Part shown: piece by piece, positions 22,701 through 30,726 of the stretch | Layout: every line of letters begins with the position of its first letter | Numbering within the stretch: position 1 is the first letter of the stretch | The notes under the pieces: model-generated | The model's database searches: none | What the model saw: the letters and a program-made list of their open reading frames with translations, nothing else | What the model was told of the DNA's origin: nothing | Position numbers and translations under genes: made by a program | Sequence record: OQ032511.1 | Length of the DNA stretch: 64,000 bases | Direction: 5' to 3' (one strand) | From: Acinetobacter phage nACB1

Positions 22701-25700
22701 ACTAAGCAAATGCCTAGTGACTTAGAGATTAATTACTTCTCTGATCTTGAAGCGCCTGAAAATGTTAATGGCTTAAAAGAAGCAGTGGATAACAATAACC
22801 CTGCTTGGTTCACTACAGGTAAGGACGGTAAACCACAGATTAATATTCTACGTTCTGATGCTCCTATTCGTGCACAGGTTCTCGTACATGAGCTTGTACA
22901 CGCTATCACTGTAGATTCTATTAGTCAGGTTCGTAAAGACCCTACAGCGCACGCTAAGGCTGCAGAATCACTAGCTAAGCTTGATGCGCTCTATGAAGAT
23001 ATTAAAGCGAAAGTAAATGCTGATCCTAATGCTACTGACTTACAGAAGTATGCAGTTAAGAATGTAGAAGAGTTTATTGCTACTGGTTTCTCATATCCTG
23101 AGTTTGTTGATTACCTAGATAGCCAATTGGCTCCTAAAGCAGCTCGTGGTAAGAATCGTATTGTTACTGCATTACGTTCATTTGTAGATAGTATCCTAGG
23201 TGTGCTTGAGAGCTTCACAGGGCGTAAGTATTCAGCTAAAGATGCAACTGCACTAGAAGCATTAATCATTGACTCTACAGAGTTCTTAGGACGTGCTCCT
23301 ACACAAACCACTGGTACTCAAACAAGTATCTTTGGTGCACCACAGCAAGCGCGTAATACTGTAGATGGTTACACTGCTTATGAAGTATTTAGTACTTTAC
23401 CTAAACATGCTAACCCACAATTCCAAGCTCATTTGAATCAGATGATGCGTCAGGTTGCTGACACAATCTATTCAGGTTTAGATCAAAAACTTATTGATAA
23501 CAATGATGGTGCTTGGTCTATTGAGAAAGCATGGGAAGAATACACAACTGCAGGTAATGCTGAGACTACCGAGACTGCTGTAACTGCAGGCTTCCGTATG
23601 ACTGAGCAAGAAGCATTTGCTGTTGAGTCTATCTATGCAGCTATGGTTCATGGTTTAAAAGATAAGTCTATGACTCAGGTGTATGCTGAAATGAATAAGG
23701 CATATAACTCTGCTAAAGCTAGACTTAAACCAGAGAACTTCTATCAAGGTGATTGGGCTACTGCTACTCGTCAAGATAAAGCTGATGCTCAAGATATGTA
23801 TGATTACTTCTTTAAACTAGGCCCAACTAATAAGCAGCACTTAGCTCGCTTTATCTCTATGGCTCTAGGTTCTGAGCAAGTAAATAGTATGCTTGGTTTT
23901 GCTGTTAAAGATACTTCTACAGCTCCTTCAAATACATTTGAAAACATTGTTGAGAAAGCTAATACCTTACTTGATTTTGTTGGTGGTGTATTAACTAACA
24001 GTAACTCAGCTCAGAATATTAATAACCGTGTTGGTCTTCTTGCAAAAGAGTTAGCACGTATTGATATGAAGAATCGTGAACATGCTGTTGGTCGTGTTGA
24101 AGCACAGTTAGAAGCTATTGCTGATTACACAGATGGTGTATCTAAGAAGTTACGTGAACGTGTTGTTGAATTTGCAGATAAAGATGCGATTGCTAATAAC
24201 CGTAATACTTATGTACGTCTTGCAAGTAACACTACGCGCTTAGCTGCTAAAGGTGATTTGTGGACTGTACTCGATACATTGAAAGAAGCTAACAACATTG
24301 ATAATCCAAATAGTACCTTAGGTATGATGGGTGAAATTATTAATGAAGCTGCCAACAATGACTCTACTAAAAACCATGTAGAGAAGATGATGCGTATCAC
24401 TAAGTTAAATAACCAAATGAAGGAGAACATTCGTCATACCACTACTAAGAATGTTATGAGCACATTTGAAGATAATGGTCAGTATCTTACTAAAGATCAT
24501 AAGGCTGCTCTTACTACTATGTTACGTTCTGATGTACAGGTGTTGAGTACTACATACTCTACTAAAGAGATTGCTCAGTTATACACTGATGGTAAGTTCT
24601 TACAGAATGAAACTGCTGCAGTAGTTAATCAGCTTAAAGCTTTAGGTGGAGATCAAGTAATGATTAACCGTGCTAAGCAATTAGCTAAGTATATGCTTAC
24701 TGGTAATTCATCTATTGGTTTAGCTAAGAATGCTCAGCTTATTGTTTCTGGTTTTAACTCTGGTGAAGTAGTTGATCTGACTGACCCACGTGTTGACTTG
24801 GTAGATAAACTTGCAACTATGTATGCAATTGAATACACAGATAAAGGTACTCGTAATCGCCTTGGTGAAGTGTTTAAGCGTGAGCTTAAAAACAAAACTA
24901 ATGGTGTAGATACTTCTATCAAGTTCCATCATGAGCTTTCTAAAGAAGCACGTAATAAGTTATTCGTTGATAATGCTACGTCTGTTGTTAAAGGTTTTGT
25001 TCCTGAGATCACTAACCCTAACAAAGAAGTTCGTATTGCTACTAACGATACAGAAGCTCGTCTATATAAAGAGCAGTACTATCGTGAAGTTAAGTCTATG
25101 GTTAAAGACAAGTCTGATAAGACTGGTGCTACTCCTCGTTTATTTATTACTGATGAAGCTAACGTACAGCGTTTAGTATCAGGTGCTGTAGAGATTGTTT
25201 CTACTAACCGTAAAGGTACTGGTGTAAACATGGATGCTAAAGAATTTACTTATGCTGTTAATAGCGTACGTATTCCTAACAGTCCATTATATAACCCTAT
25301 GCTTGATCAAGATGTTTATATGGTTCCTAACTACAATACTCAGAATGAGGTAGTTGGTTTCTCTTATGAAATGTCAGGTAATAACCGAGATAGTTTATTA
25401 GAGCGTAACAATGATTTCTCTGAGTTACTTGGTGCTTATGCTGCAACTAACTTTAACAAGGTTACTGTTCCTGATCAGAACAATAAAGTTATTGATGCTG
25501 CTTACCAAGACTACAAAGATAACTTTGTTAATAACCCACGTGCTTACATTACTGTAGGGCCTGGTGCTACTAACCCTGCATTGGCAGAGACTTGGGCTAT
25601 GTTGCCAGAAGATACACGTAGATACATTGAATCTAAGTTTGGCCCAGATGGTATGGTAATTCGTAATGATGTTTACTTAACTATGTTTGGCTACCGTAAA

Positions 25701-26714
25701 TATTCTTTAAACCAAGCATTCGATAAGATGCCTGAAGCACGTAACATGTTTGAGTCTATCTACACAGATGTTATGAATACTCTGTTTGGTGGTAAGGCTC
25801 GCTTACGTGGTGTACAAGGTGAACGTGCATGGCAAGAAGCTGTAAGTACTATGAAAGATATTATTGTTATTCGTAACGTTAAGACTCTTATTGGTAACAC
25901 TATCTCTAACGCTTTATTGTTATCTGCTCATGGTGTGAGCTTTACTGATATTGCTAAAGACACTGCTACATCTATTCGTGCAGGATTACAGTACCGTCGT
26001 GACATGGCTAACTTGTTATCTATTCGTCAGAAGCAGAAAGCAGGTGTAGGTGATTTCAATAAACTAGAGCAAGAAGCTTTACGTATTGAAGATTCAATGA
26101 GTCGTAACCCATTAGCTGACTTTATCAATGAAGGTATGATGCCTACTATTGTTGAAGACTTAGACCCATCTAATGACCACTACTCATACAAGTCTAAGTT
26201 ACAAGAGCGTATTGATGGTTTAACTACTGATGTACCTAAGTCTGTGAAGACTGCAGCTAAATGGTTAATGGTATCTCCTGATACTCCGTTGTACCAGTTC
26301 TTGAATAATGCTACTCAGTTCTCTGACTTTAGTTCTAAGTATGTGTTGTATAAACACTACACTACTAAAGCTAAAGAAAAGCTAGGACATGAAGAAGCTA
26401 TTCAGATTGCTCAGGATAACTTCATTAACTATGACATTCCTACTTCACGTGGTTTACAGTATCTGAATGATATGGGTGTGGTAATGTTTACTAAATATAA
26501 CTTACGTATTCAGAAAGCATTATTCCAATTGATGAAGAAGCGTCCTGCTTCTGTAATGGCTCAAGCCTTATTGATTGGTACTCTTACTAATATGGAAACT
26601 GCTATTGACCCTATTGTGTTTACACAGTTTGGTAATCCGCTACGTACTGGTGCATTTGGTTTACCAAGTGCTTTAGATGAACCTCTTCCTATTAAGATGC
26701 TTACTGGACTGTAA
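16716..26714 (+). CDS. virion-encapsidated RNA polymerase (N4 vRNAP-like)
   Basis: Single 3332-aa ORF. T7-like single-subunit RNAP motifs occur in order: GFESDGVTNGP (motif A, compare T7 HQDGSCSG), KRKGAKPIVTTSNYGAG (motif B, K-x8-YG) and TQNYHDANAS (motif C, HD). The Gly/Ala-rich N-terminal region is typical of ejected proteins. Confidence 0.9.
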   Translation: MADYKSLQVSDALSRITNQLKPQVTYGSLGSSVYGRNTNTPDAIAADQQAIQQGQQYYNSIYGKTGSDYVQDAGVALAKGVVSVPQAAAGIVDLLDAGAQFATGQDVQGGRFSKNLADVGVDFATTQDIMSGWFSEGTQRQMQELAALPGMSTEQSLGQNLNSLGSTLGYVADNPSIALNTIIQSLPSIAAGGVVGRGAAALGARGAAGAIGEGTIMSGQAQANMERNAEGYTTGQQALGALGIGVLGGLVGQAGNRIAATRGAADIDQVAAGVGSQAANQGFKSLTVGTATEAAEEAAQSALENVITNVSSGKDAIQGLNQDLVLGTLAGAGMGAAVNAKSSIGTAALEAVQNAANKQIERAKEKISREAPEQTDTPTEQFTDPSSPSYNPSAALVREAKKLTEATTPEEQLDVRNSFNYIMEEQEAYLGGLIETRDAVQNIDNLRQSIVNADAAVERFAESDPAKAEQIAAISANLKEQVAVAEQFIGNEQTLDAHIAEVETKVQEARDIHTRYDSLMQRATTNDETMDTQIFGAPQKFTPEQIEKAINDPKVPEASKPALRALADAVVAQNAVKNIDAVNQQITGKQYDSNYRSTPQYLAQFTRAIKQGNTAQQVNLMREIGAFEQSHVQKAEIVQQGLELASSGQPVQIIRNQDGSWAFNQGEWLSRTAAKKNGAITIASPKQIEAVTKTSEYMQAEAQAITATRNAMEQLDVLNNPNGSVVRPSNVATQSTPETQEVPTQQATDFQAAIDELNSLERDNYDYQPQRRVEDPRESLSQPSFDGAINAESQVPTGTQSTSGTMSSGDTSQVQTPTNTEGTTPVAKAERVASRSVSEDVATEVQTSTEAATQATNEETTEEVVTPEVKKEAEPQDINTVEKADKNPARTAERAKEPKKRNLVIDGFNQRDTVLNRNENFVKRFMNRSNIAPVVESITGKAPTPKQEQALKDFTNFANYFDSKLDIIGSKQEDFRFQDFNQFLLVDGKLPDNVKTAVSAAMYSWIAENGSKTLNTERDVAGLLLLNDIDTLPTTVFNAFTGIGDHQSVVTGSLGQKALEALGLKVVSDVDPARKQKLEQALGTLAAVALTQNGYLEHTAMSVAEFELHQAYAQNANEGSTFGDQTFKGGKTINFLVPKAGKKVDQVIKSAAETQGIVQSLFGVQRDIKLPSLEPVTSTPQSFNRMGSELPSYTKDMLEAAQSNGYKMSIPAMQFMDNVKQDDLLELFGFIKPNADGVSFDGMHKKFWKSQLASNEAVERAVAIIKEQRANLGDDSKEFFFEHTSWTNTRSGYDSAFNLQANKMHRAVAGMSAHVVEVGIEAPIKNGETTKFGEFLMAVAMGAEGASDVMGIQTVDKVSAETFLPKFQEYLAQDYVQAGIESMAAAIETKPTKQDMDNIKRVVTEFDMGPMSVRALQALAQMHIAERDGQRTFTSDIGFESDGVTNGPVITNVALNTADAQMLEAGGIFTSRAKSNVPTNKEQGNEDIYEQLGGVMQAEWTAYKKAVKGGALDSALGLDVIYSAFGKRKGAKPIVTTSNYGAGIASIKRANAREVLNAFYTGLESAGKKGDIGAAQDLINAVNKTIKYSNFKQKLSTPLAVAKGDVMEFLLTPEQEAALFFAADLQHGEAIKETLSKAMAGFNEVRDNLTEQAVTGFKIYELIRQNAINEALKNTDGVLVDGKGKRQEGLTADQMKAVLKSIERYTPSVVSGMGNLSSNKKKSSIPLMKQDTVWDGSAMSEQQFKFLGSWQQSGTKEFSVRSAIKRDAVSDPGVSGLALIIQSIDAMIAHTTIGKMPTQNYHDANASAVGQGKAMAKIQNEAFVDGVMHTHVNREFARALMNPLTLVLDNKAFYTANKDEINDAMKGIFMSQKVATAYERDLAKLTGMLKWVNVNQYGTQGGHFQMTNAKRKEILDEIAQLKKDYAKDAALAKRIDEIVESGSEPQTVEEHLRQNIIMTGKEVVPLLQAELKQFQGKEGQVGKFSQFYDSILDLVTKQMPSDLEINYFSDLEAPENVNGLKEAVDNNNPAWFTTGKDGKPQINILRSDAPIRAQVLVHELVHAITVDSISQVRKDPTAHAKAAESLAKLDALYEDIKAKVNADPNATDLQKYAVKNVEEFIATGFSYPEFVDYLDSQLAPKAARGKNRIVTALRSFVDSILGVLESFTGRKYSAKDATALEALIIDSTEFLGRAPTQTTGTQTSIFGAPQQARNTVDGYTAYEVFSTLPKHANPQFQAHLNQMMRQVADTIYSGLDQKLIDNNDGAWSIEKAWEEYTTAGNAETTETAVTAGFRMTEQEAFAVESIYAAMVHGLKDKSMTQVYAEMNKAYNSAKARLKPENFYQGDWATATRQDKADAQDMYDYFFKLGPTNKQHLARFISMALGSEQVNSMLGFAVKDTSTAPSNTFENIVEKANTLLDFVGGVLTNSNSAQNINNRVGLLAKELARIDMKNREHAVGRVEAQLEAIADYTDGVSKKLRERVVEFADKDAIANNRNTYVRLASNTTRLAAKGDLWTVLDTLKEANNIDNPNSTLGMMGEIINEAANNDSTKNHVEKMMRITKLNNQMKENIRHTTTKNVMSTFEDNGQYLTKDHKAALTTMLRSDVQVLSTTYSTKEIAQLYTDGKFLQNETAAVVNQLKALGGDQVMINRAKQLAKYMLTGNSSIGLAKNAQLIVSGFNSGEVVDLTDPRVDLVDKLATMYAIEYTDKGTRNRLGEVFKRELKNKTNGVDTSIKFHHELSKEARNKLFVDNATSVVKGFVPEITNPNKEVRIATNDTEARLYKEQYYREVKSMVKDKSDKTGATPRLFITDEANVQRLVSGAVEIVSTNRKGTGVNMDAKEFTYAVNSVRIPNSPLYNPMLDQDVYMVPNYNTQNEVVGFSYEMSGNNRDSLLERNNDFSELLGAYAATNFNKVTVPDQNNKVIDAAYQDYKDNFVNNPRAYITVGPGATNPALAETWAMLPEDTRRYIESKFGPDGMVIRNDVYLTMFGYRKYSLNQAFDKMPEARNMFESIYTDVMNTLFGGKARLRGVQGERAWQEAVSTMKDIIVIRNVKTLIGNTISNALLLSAHGVSFTDIAKDTATSIRAGLQYRRDMANLLSIRQKQKAGVGDFNKLEQEALRIEDSMSRNPLADFINEGMMPTIVEDLDPSNDHYSYKSKLQERIDGLTTDVPKSVKTAAKWLMVSPDTPLYQFLNNATQFSDFSSKYVLYKHYTTKAKEKLGHEEAIQIAQDNFINYDIPTSRGLQYLNDMGVVMFTKYNLRIQKALFQLMKKRPASVMAQALLIGTLTNMETAIDPIVFTQFGNPLRTGAFGLPSALDEPLPIKMLTGL

Positions 26715-26728
26715 GTAGTAACAAAAAA

Positions 26729-26758
26729 TAGCCCCTCATGAGAGGGGCTTATTTTATT
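26729..26758. terminator. Bidirectional rho-independent terminator at the convergence of the + structural block and the - block
   Basis: Hairpin gcccctc-atga-gaggggc is flanked by aaaaaata upstream and ttattttatt downstream, giving a U-tract on both strands. Confidence 0.7.
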
Positions 26759-26765
26759 ATGAGGG

Positions 26766-27041
26766 TTAATCCATTAATTCTAGTTCAGACATTAATTGCC
26801 CTTCACTAATACATTCTTGCAGTACAGGTTTCTGTTCTTCAAGTGTACGGCCATGTTTACCATTACCGTGATGCTTACGTGGATTACCACACATATCACA
26901 TGAACAACGAGCAGGTGTATTGGCATGAATACCAATAGCTTTGTCTGATGACTTCCACTCATTATCTTTAAACTGTTTAGCAGCTTTTTGTTTCTTACGT
27001 TGCTGCTGTTTAATACGATATTCACGACCACGTTGTTGCAT
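26766..27041 (-). CDS. small basic Cys/His-rich (putative zinc-binding) protein
   Basis: 91 aa with motif CSCDMCGNPRKHHGNGKHG. The alternative-frame ORF 26792..27031 looks like a non-coding translation. Confidence 0.5.
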   Translation of the reverse strand: MQQRGREYRIKQQQRKKQKAAKQFKDNEWKSSDKAIGIHANTPARCSCDMCGNPRKHHGNGKHGRTLEEQKPVLQECISEGQLMSELELMD

Positions 27042-27043
27042 TT

Positions 27044-27220
27044 CTAAATCCAGTTAAAGTTAATACTATCTGAGTCTGCCATAACTTCACGTACATAATC
27101 AACAGCTTCTGTATGTAAGGCTGTTGGGTGTTGTATACGGTAAAGTTCATATAGCTCTACGAACCGCTGTGTGTATGCTTTCAGTCTAGTGTCTGAAGTG
27201 CCTATGTCATGTAGTCTCAT
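27044..27220 (-). CDS. small ORF (57 aa) below the track cutoff
   Basis: Hand-translated: MRLHDIGTSDTRLKAYTQRFVELYELYRIQHPTALHTEAVDYVREVMADSDSINFNWI. Its ATG overlaps the stop of the upstream gene (ATGA). It fills an otherwise 175-nt gap. Confidence 0.35.
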   Translation of the reverse strand: MRLHDIGTSDTRLKAYTQRFVELYELYRIQHPTALHTEAVDYVREVMADSDSINFNWI

Positions 27221-27549
27221 TGGGTATCCTCATAAGTAATAGTGTCTGCTTCTTGAAATATCATCTTAGTCATCTCAATTGCAGTCTGATGATCTAACAC
27301 GATATTGTCTGTACGAATCTTCACGTAAGCTTTCTTGAAGTTTTCAACTTCTTGTTGCTTACGTTTTTCTTCAAGCATTTTTGCATTATATTCAGACTGC
27401 CTTTTTGCATGTTCCATAGAATCCCACATACCCTCTAATCTTCTATTATCACTAAGAATTTTAGAAGCTGTTAACTCACTAAGAGAAACTTCAGAAGCAG
27501 CATAAGGCATACCAAGTAAACCTGCGCGTATTAAATCATCTTTATCCAT
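27217..27549 (-). CDS. hypothetical protein (110 aa)
   Basis: ORF in the operon. Confidence 0.5.
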   Translation of the reverse strand: MDKDDLIRAGLLGMPYAASEVSLSELTASKILSDNRRLEGMWDSMEHAKRQSEYNAKMLEEKRKQQEVENFKKAYVKIRTDNIVLDHQTAIEMTKMIFQEADTITYEDTQ

Positions 27550-27550
27550 C

Positions 27551-27937
27551 TTACTTAATCCGTGTCATTTTACGTTGGAAGTTGGTTAATGGTTTAGCCC
27601 ATGTCAATCCATTCTCACCTTGGTACACCACTGTAGGTGGGTATTCAGGACGTAATGAATGTTCATTGGCAATTGCAAGTACTTTATAGATATTGCTGTT
27701 GATGTGTTGAAATACTTGTCCTGGTTTAGGATAGAAAGATTTCATCACATTCTTAACAGCTTCTTTTAATGACGTGTAAGACTCTACAGATGAGCTGCCT
27801 GAACGAGTTGACCGAAAGATTCGAAATACACCTTCTTTGGTAAACTTGATTTCAATACGAAGTTCAGGAGTAGTAAGTACACGTTCTTGTCCACGAGACA
27901 TGGAACCAAGAGTGTTACGTAAGTTATCGTAATCCAT
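27551..27937 (-). CDS. hypothetical protein (128 aa)
   Basis: ORF in the operon. Confidence 0.5.
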   Translation of the reverse strand: MDYDNLRNTLGSMSRGQERVLTTPELRIEIKFTKEGVFRIFRSTRSGSSSVESYTSLKEAVKNVMKSFYPKPGQVFQHINSNIYKVLAIANEHSLRPEYPPTVVYQGENGLTWAKPLTNFQRKMTRIK

Positions 27938-27956
27938 TAGGATTTCCTTAAATAAA

Positions 27957-27990
27957 AATAGCCACCTTATTCAGGTGGCTTTTTTGTGAA
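27957..27990. terminator. Intra-operon bidirectional terminator or attenuator
   Basis: Hairpin agccacct-tattca-ggtggct with ttttttgtg on + and AUUUUUAUUU on -. The stop codon of the 57-aa membrane ORF lies inside the stem. Confidence 0.55.
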
Positions 27991-28140
27991 GTACATGTTC
28001 ACCTTAACGAGTATCCATAGGATAGCTCCTACAGTCAGTAGTACTGCTGTAATCTTAACTGCCATCCATAAGGCTACTGCCATTGAATACAGAACTAAGG
28101 CTCCCACTACAAATGCTATGAGATACCATAGTTCTTTCAT
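27967..28140 (-). CDS. small double-transmembrane protein (57 aa) below the track cutoff
   Basis: Hand-translated: MKELWYLIAFVVGALVLYSMAVALWMAVKITAVLLTVGAILWILVKVNMYFTKKPPE. It has two hydrophobic helices. Its ATG overlaps the stop of the upstream gene (TAATG). Confidence 0.45.
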   Translation of the reverse strand: MKELWYLIAFVVGALVLYSMAVALWMAVKITAVLLTVGAILWILVKVNMYFTKKPPE

Positions 28141-28625
28141 TACATGAACAACTTAGTACGAGGTGCTTCTGCAACAACTTCTTCAGCTTCAGTCTCAGCT
28201 TCTACTTCAGGAGTTAATGCACGTTCGACTGCTTCAGCAACTGCAACATCTTCTACAGATGGTGTAGCTACTTCACCTGCAGGTTCAGATTCAGGTTCAA
28301 CTACTTCTAAACCAACTTCAGCAATGTGTGCTTTAGCTGCTTCAACTGGAGTGGTTTCAACTACTTGAGTTACTTCAGGTTCTTCAACACCAGTTTCTTC
28401 AGTGATGTTAAGTTCAGCACGTAAACCATCTTTAGGTGATTTAACAAAGTTGATCTTTGCTAAATCTTCTTCGTTGATGGTGTAACCATTGTCAGATAAG
28501 AAGTTACGTACTGCTGCTGTAATGTCAGCTTGATCCAATTCAATTTTGACTTGGCGTTTGATTTGTACTTGCATGTTTGTATTCCAAAATGAGTTGTTTA
28601 AATTCAGGTGTACTGGCTGCAGCAT
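28140..28625 (-). CDS. highly acidic protein with a globular N-terminal domain and an E/V/A/P/T-rich acidic tail (true start probably Met at 28574)
   Basis: Product ...KIELDQADITAAVRNFLSDNGYTINEEDLAKINF... then EEPEVTQVVETTPVEAAK...EVEAETEAEEVVAEAP. The listed start overlaps the RuvC gene by 86 nt. An internal MQVQIKR start reduces the overlap. Confidence 0.55.
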   Translation of the reverse strand: MLQPVHLNLNNSFWNTNMQVQIKRQVKIELDQADITAAVRNFLSDNGYTINEEDLAKINFVKSPKDGLRAELNITEETGVEEPEVTQVVETTPVEAAKAHIAEVGLEVVEPESEPAGEVATPSVEDVAVAEAVERALTPEVEAETEAEEVVAEAPRTKLFM

Positions 28626-29094
28626 AGATAGCTACGATAGCATCTGCCATATGCTCAGCTTCACCTATTTTGATATTCCCTCGGTACATAGGCCAAGGGG
28701 CTTCTGGGTGTTGCTTACTTGCCCACTCTACTACTTCTCGCTTAGTGGCTTTTGGATTGCCTACAACCTTCTTCACAGCTTGTGGAGTTACATAGATAAA
28801 GTGGTCAGCCTTAACGCTACCCAATACACCTAAACAGATACCACGGCCCTTAGCTGCATCTGCACTCTGAGAACCTGTGGGAACTTCTACACAGACAATA
28901 TCTGCGTCATGGACAACTTCCTGTACACCCTCATAGAGTTGTGTAGCAGAGATAATATCCAGTTCTGATGTACGCTTAGTATGGTCTTCCAGAATGCCTG
29001 TATGCACTACACGCATATCTGAGATTACTAAGTTACCATCATCTAATGAGGCATGACCAATGGCCATACCCCAATGTCTAAAGCTAGGGATCAC
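28540..29094 (-). CDS. RuvC-like Holliday junction resolvase
   Basis: Catalytic-acid pattern LDDGN ... VEVPTGSQSADAAKGRGICLGV ... EHMADAIVAIY typical of phage RuvC-family resolvases. The start is either GTG overlapping the HNH stop (GTGA) or ATG at 29067. Confidence 0.7.
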   Translation of the reverse strand: MIPSFRHWGMAIGHASLDDGNLVISDMRVVHTGILEDHTKRTSELDIISATQLYEGVQEVVHDADIVCVEVPTGSQSADAAKGRGICLGVLGSVKADHFIYVTPQAVKKVVGNPKATKREVVEWASKQHPEAPWPMYRGNIKIGEAEHMADAIVAIYAAASTPEFKQLILEYKHASTNQTPSQN

Positions 29095-29645
29095 ATCCTA
29101 CGATTTTTATATGTGAGATGTGGTTTACCCTCCTTACTAGCACTGATGTTATACAATTCGATGACACGTCTAACAATGTTACGCGGGAAGGCTAGTTCAT
29201 CAGCAACTTCTGTAAGACCACCGTAATACTGCTTGGTTTTTGCTAATGCAATGATGCGATCACGGTCAGCGTCAGATACCAATGCTCTGTAATGTTTCTC
29301 ACCTTTACAACTACGGTTCTTCTTAACCATGTCTTCTAGGTTCTCTTTAGGAGTTCCATATTTAAGATTGGATAAGTTGTTGTTAGTGCAGTCATCATCA
29401 AGATGCATAACTAGATGTCCTTTAGGGCATGGGCCTACAAAGGCTTCTAGTACTAATTGGTGTACACGTCTTGATTTACCACCGAGATTTACACGTAGAT
29501 AATCTGAGTCACTGAACGGAGTTAGGCTAAGTAGGTGAGGTGTAGTTAATAAACTTCCCCTACCATTCTTAGGTCGCCAAGACCTTACTTGTCCTTGATC
29601 CGATACATCGTAACCTTCAAAGTTAGGTATTGGCTTCCAAATCAT
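29091..29645 (-). CDS. free-standing HNH homing endonuclease (NUMOD4 + HNH_3)
   Basis: N-terminal WKPIPNFEGYDVSDQGQVRS (NUMOD4-like). HNH core HLDDDCTNNNLSNLKYGTPKEN. Confidence 0.8.
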   Translation of the reverse strand: MIWKPIPNFEGYDVSDQGQVRSWRPKNGRGSLLTTPHLLSLTPFSDSDYLRVNLGGKSRRVHQLVLEAFVGPCPKGHLVMHLDDDCTNNNLSNLKYGTPKENLEDMVKKNRSCKGEKHYRALVSDADRDRIIALAKTKQYYGGLTEVADELAFPRNIVRRVIELYNISASKEGKPHLTYKNRRM

Positions 29646-29648
29646 TAC

Positions 29649-29984
29649 TTAACCTTCGCCATCTTCAGGCACACCCTTGATAGGGAATGTATCCATGATT
29701 TCTAACACGTAATTAATACCTGCTAAGAAACCTGCTTTGTGATCATCATTACCATCAATAACAATGTCATTACCTTCACCATCAACTTCACCAGTTGGGA
29801 TGTCGATACCTACGTTGTCAGGCATTTGTAATTGATGATGCAGTTTCTGAATCATATTGAAGTGCCAATGAGTAACAATGTTACCCATCATTTGCACATC
29901 AGTAATCTTTACAGCTTCTGCTGATACACCCATTGCGTCCAAGTCTTTTTGACTTGGTTCTACTGGTTTAACTTCTTCAGTCAT
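29649..29984 (-). CDS. hypothetical acidic protein (111 aa)
   Basis: ORF. Confidence 0.5.
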   Translation of the reverse strand: MTEEVKPVEPSQKDLDAMGVSAEAVKITDVQMMGNIVTHWHFNMIQKLHHQLQMPDNVGIDIPTGEVDGEGNDIVIDGNDDHKAGFLAGINYVLEIMDTFPIKGVPEDGEG

Positions 29985-30019
29985 TTGAGTTCCTAGTGGG
30001 GCCTAAGCCCCTTAGTTTA

Positions 30020-30724
30020 TTAACCGAATAAACCAGATGGTTTATTTGTTGCAGTGTGAGATGCTTGGTTAGCAGGCGTTGCTGCTTTCTTCGCTTCTTT
30101 CACTTTGCCTTTGTTGGTTTTAAGCCATGCTTCTAAAGCAGCTGCTTCTTGACCATTGGCTTTTTCAACAGCTGATTGCGTTGTTTCAGGATCAAAGCAT
30201 TTAACGATTGAGTTAATAAGAGTGAACTCACCAGTACCTTCATAGTTACCAGTCGCATCATTCTTTTTCTGCTTTTCCTTTTCTTCTTCTTGAACTGCAA
30301 GAAGAACACGTTGACCAATCATAGGAATGACTGCTTGAACATCTTGTAGTACTTCTGCTTTCGCTGTGAAGTCATACAATTTAACTGAGCGTGTTTCCAC
30401 GTCTGCAGCAAGATCAAACAAGCCTTTACCAGTAGTCATAACTGCTAAGTTATTAATTAACTGGAACCCTGGAAGATGGAAATGTTTACCATCTTTTTCG
30501 TAAGTGTTTTGACCAGTTTTATTTGTGATATACACAGTTTCAGTGAGTTTTTTACCATTGTCTAAATTGACATGGACAGTAACATTACGCGCACCTGATT
30601 GAGCTTGACCTACAAATACCATGCCTAGCGTACCGCTATATGCACCTGTATCTAATGTACGTTTGCTAAAATCTTTTTCTGCTTCTACGTTAGTGCTTGC
30701 TGCGCCTGTACCGAAAATTGACAT
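30020..30724 (-). CDS. putative single-stranded DNA-binding protein (N4 gp45-like position)
   Basis: 234 aa with an internal KEKQKK linker and a basic C-terminus. Assigned by size and context within the replication module. Sequence evidence is weak. Confidence 0.4.
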   Translation of the reverse strand: MSIFGTGAASTNVEAEKDFSKRTLDTGAYSGTLGMVFVGQAQSGARNVTVHVNLDNGKKLTETVYITNKTGQNTYEKDGKHFHLPGFQLINNLAVMTTGKGLFDLAADVETRSVKLYDFTAKAEVLQDVQAVIPMIGQRVLLAVQEEEKEKQKKNDATGNYEGTGEFTLINSIVKCFDPETTQSAVEKANGQEAAALEAWLKTNKGKVKEAKKAATPANQASHTATNKPSGLFG

Positions 30725-30726
30725 AA

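Noticed and set aside
26792-27031. 79-aa ORF in an alternative frame overlapping 26766..27041 on the same strand
   Set aside because: The translation (MVVNIVLNSSNVRNKKLLNSLK...) looks like an out-of-frame read. The other frame gives a coherent Cys/His-rich basic protein.
29985-30019. Hairpin ggggcctaagcccc between the SSB-like gene and the next leftward gene, read as a leftward terminator
   Set aside because: On the transcribed (minus) strand it is not followed by a U-tract. The T-rich tract is on the non-transcribed side. It is more likely an RNA processing or stability element, or fortuitous.
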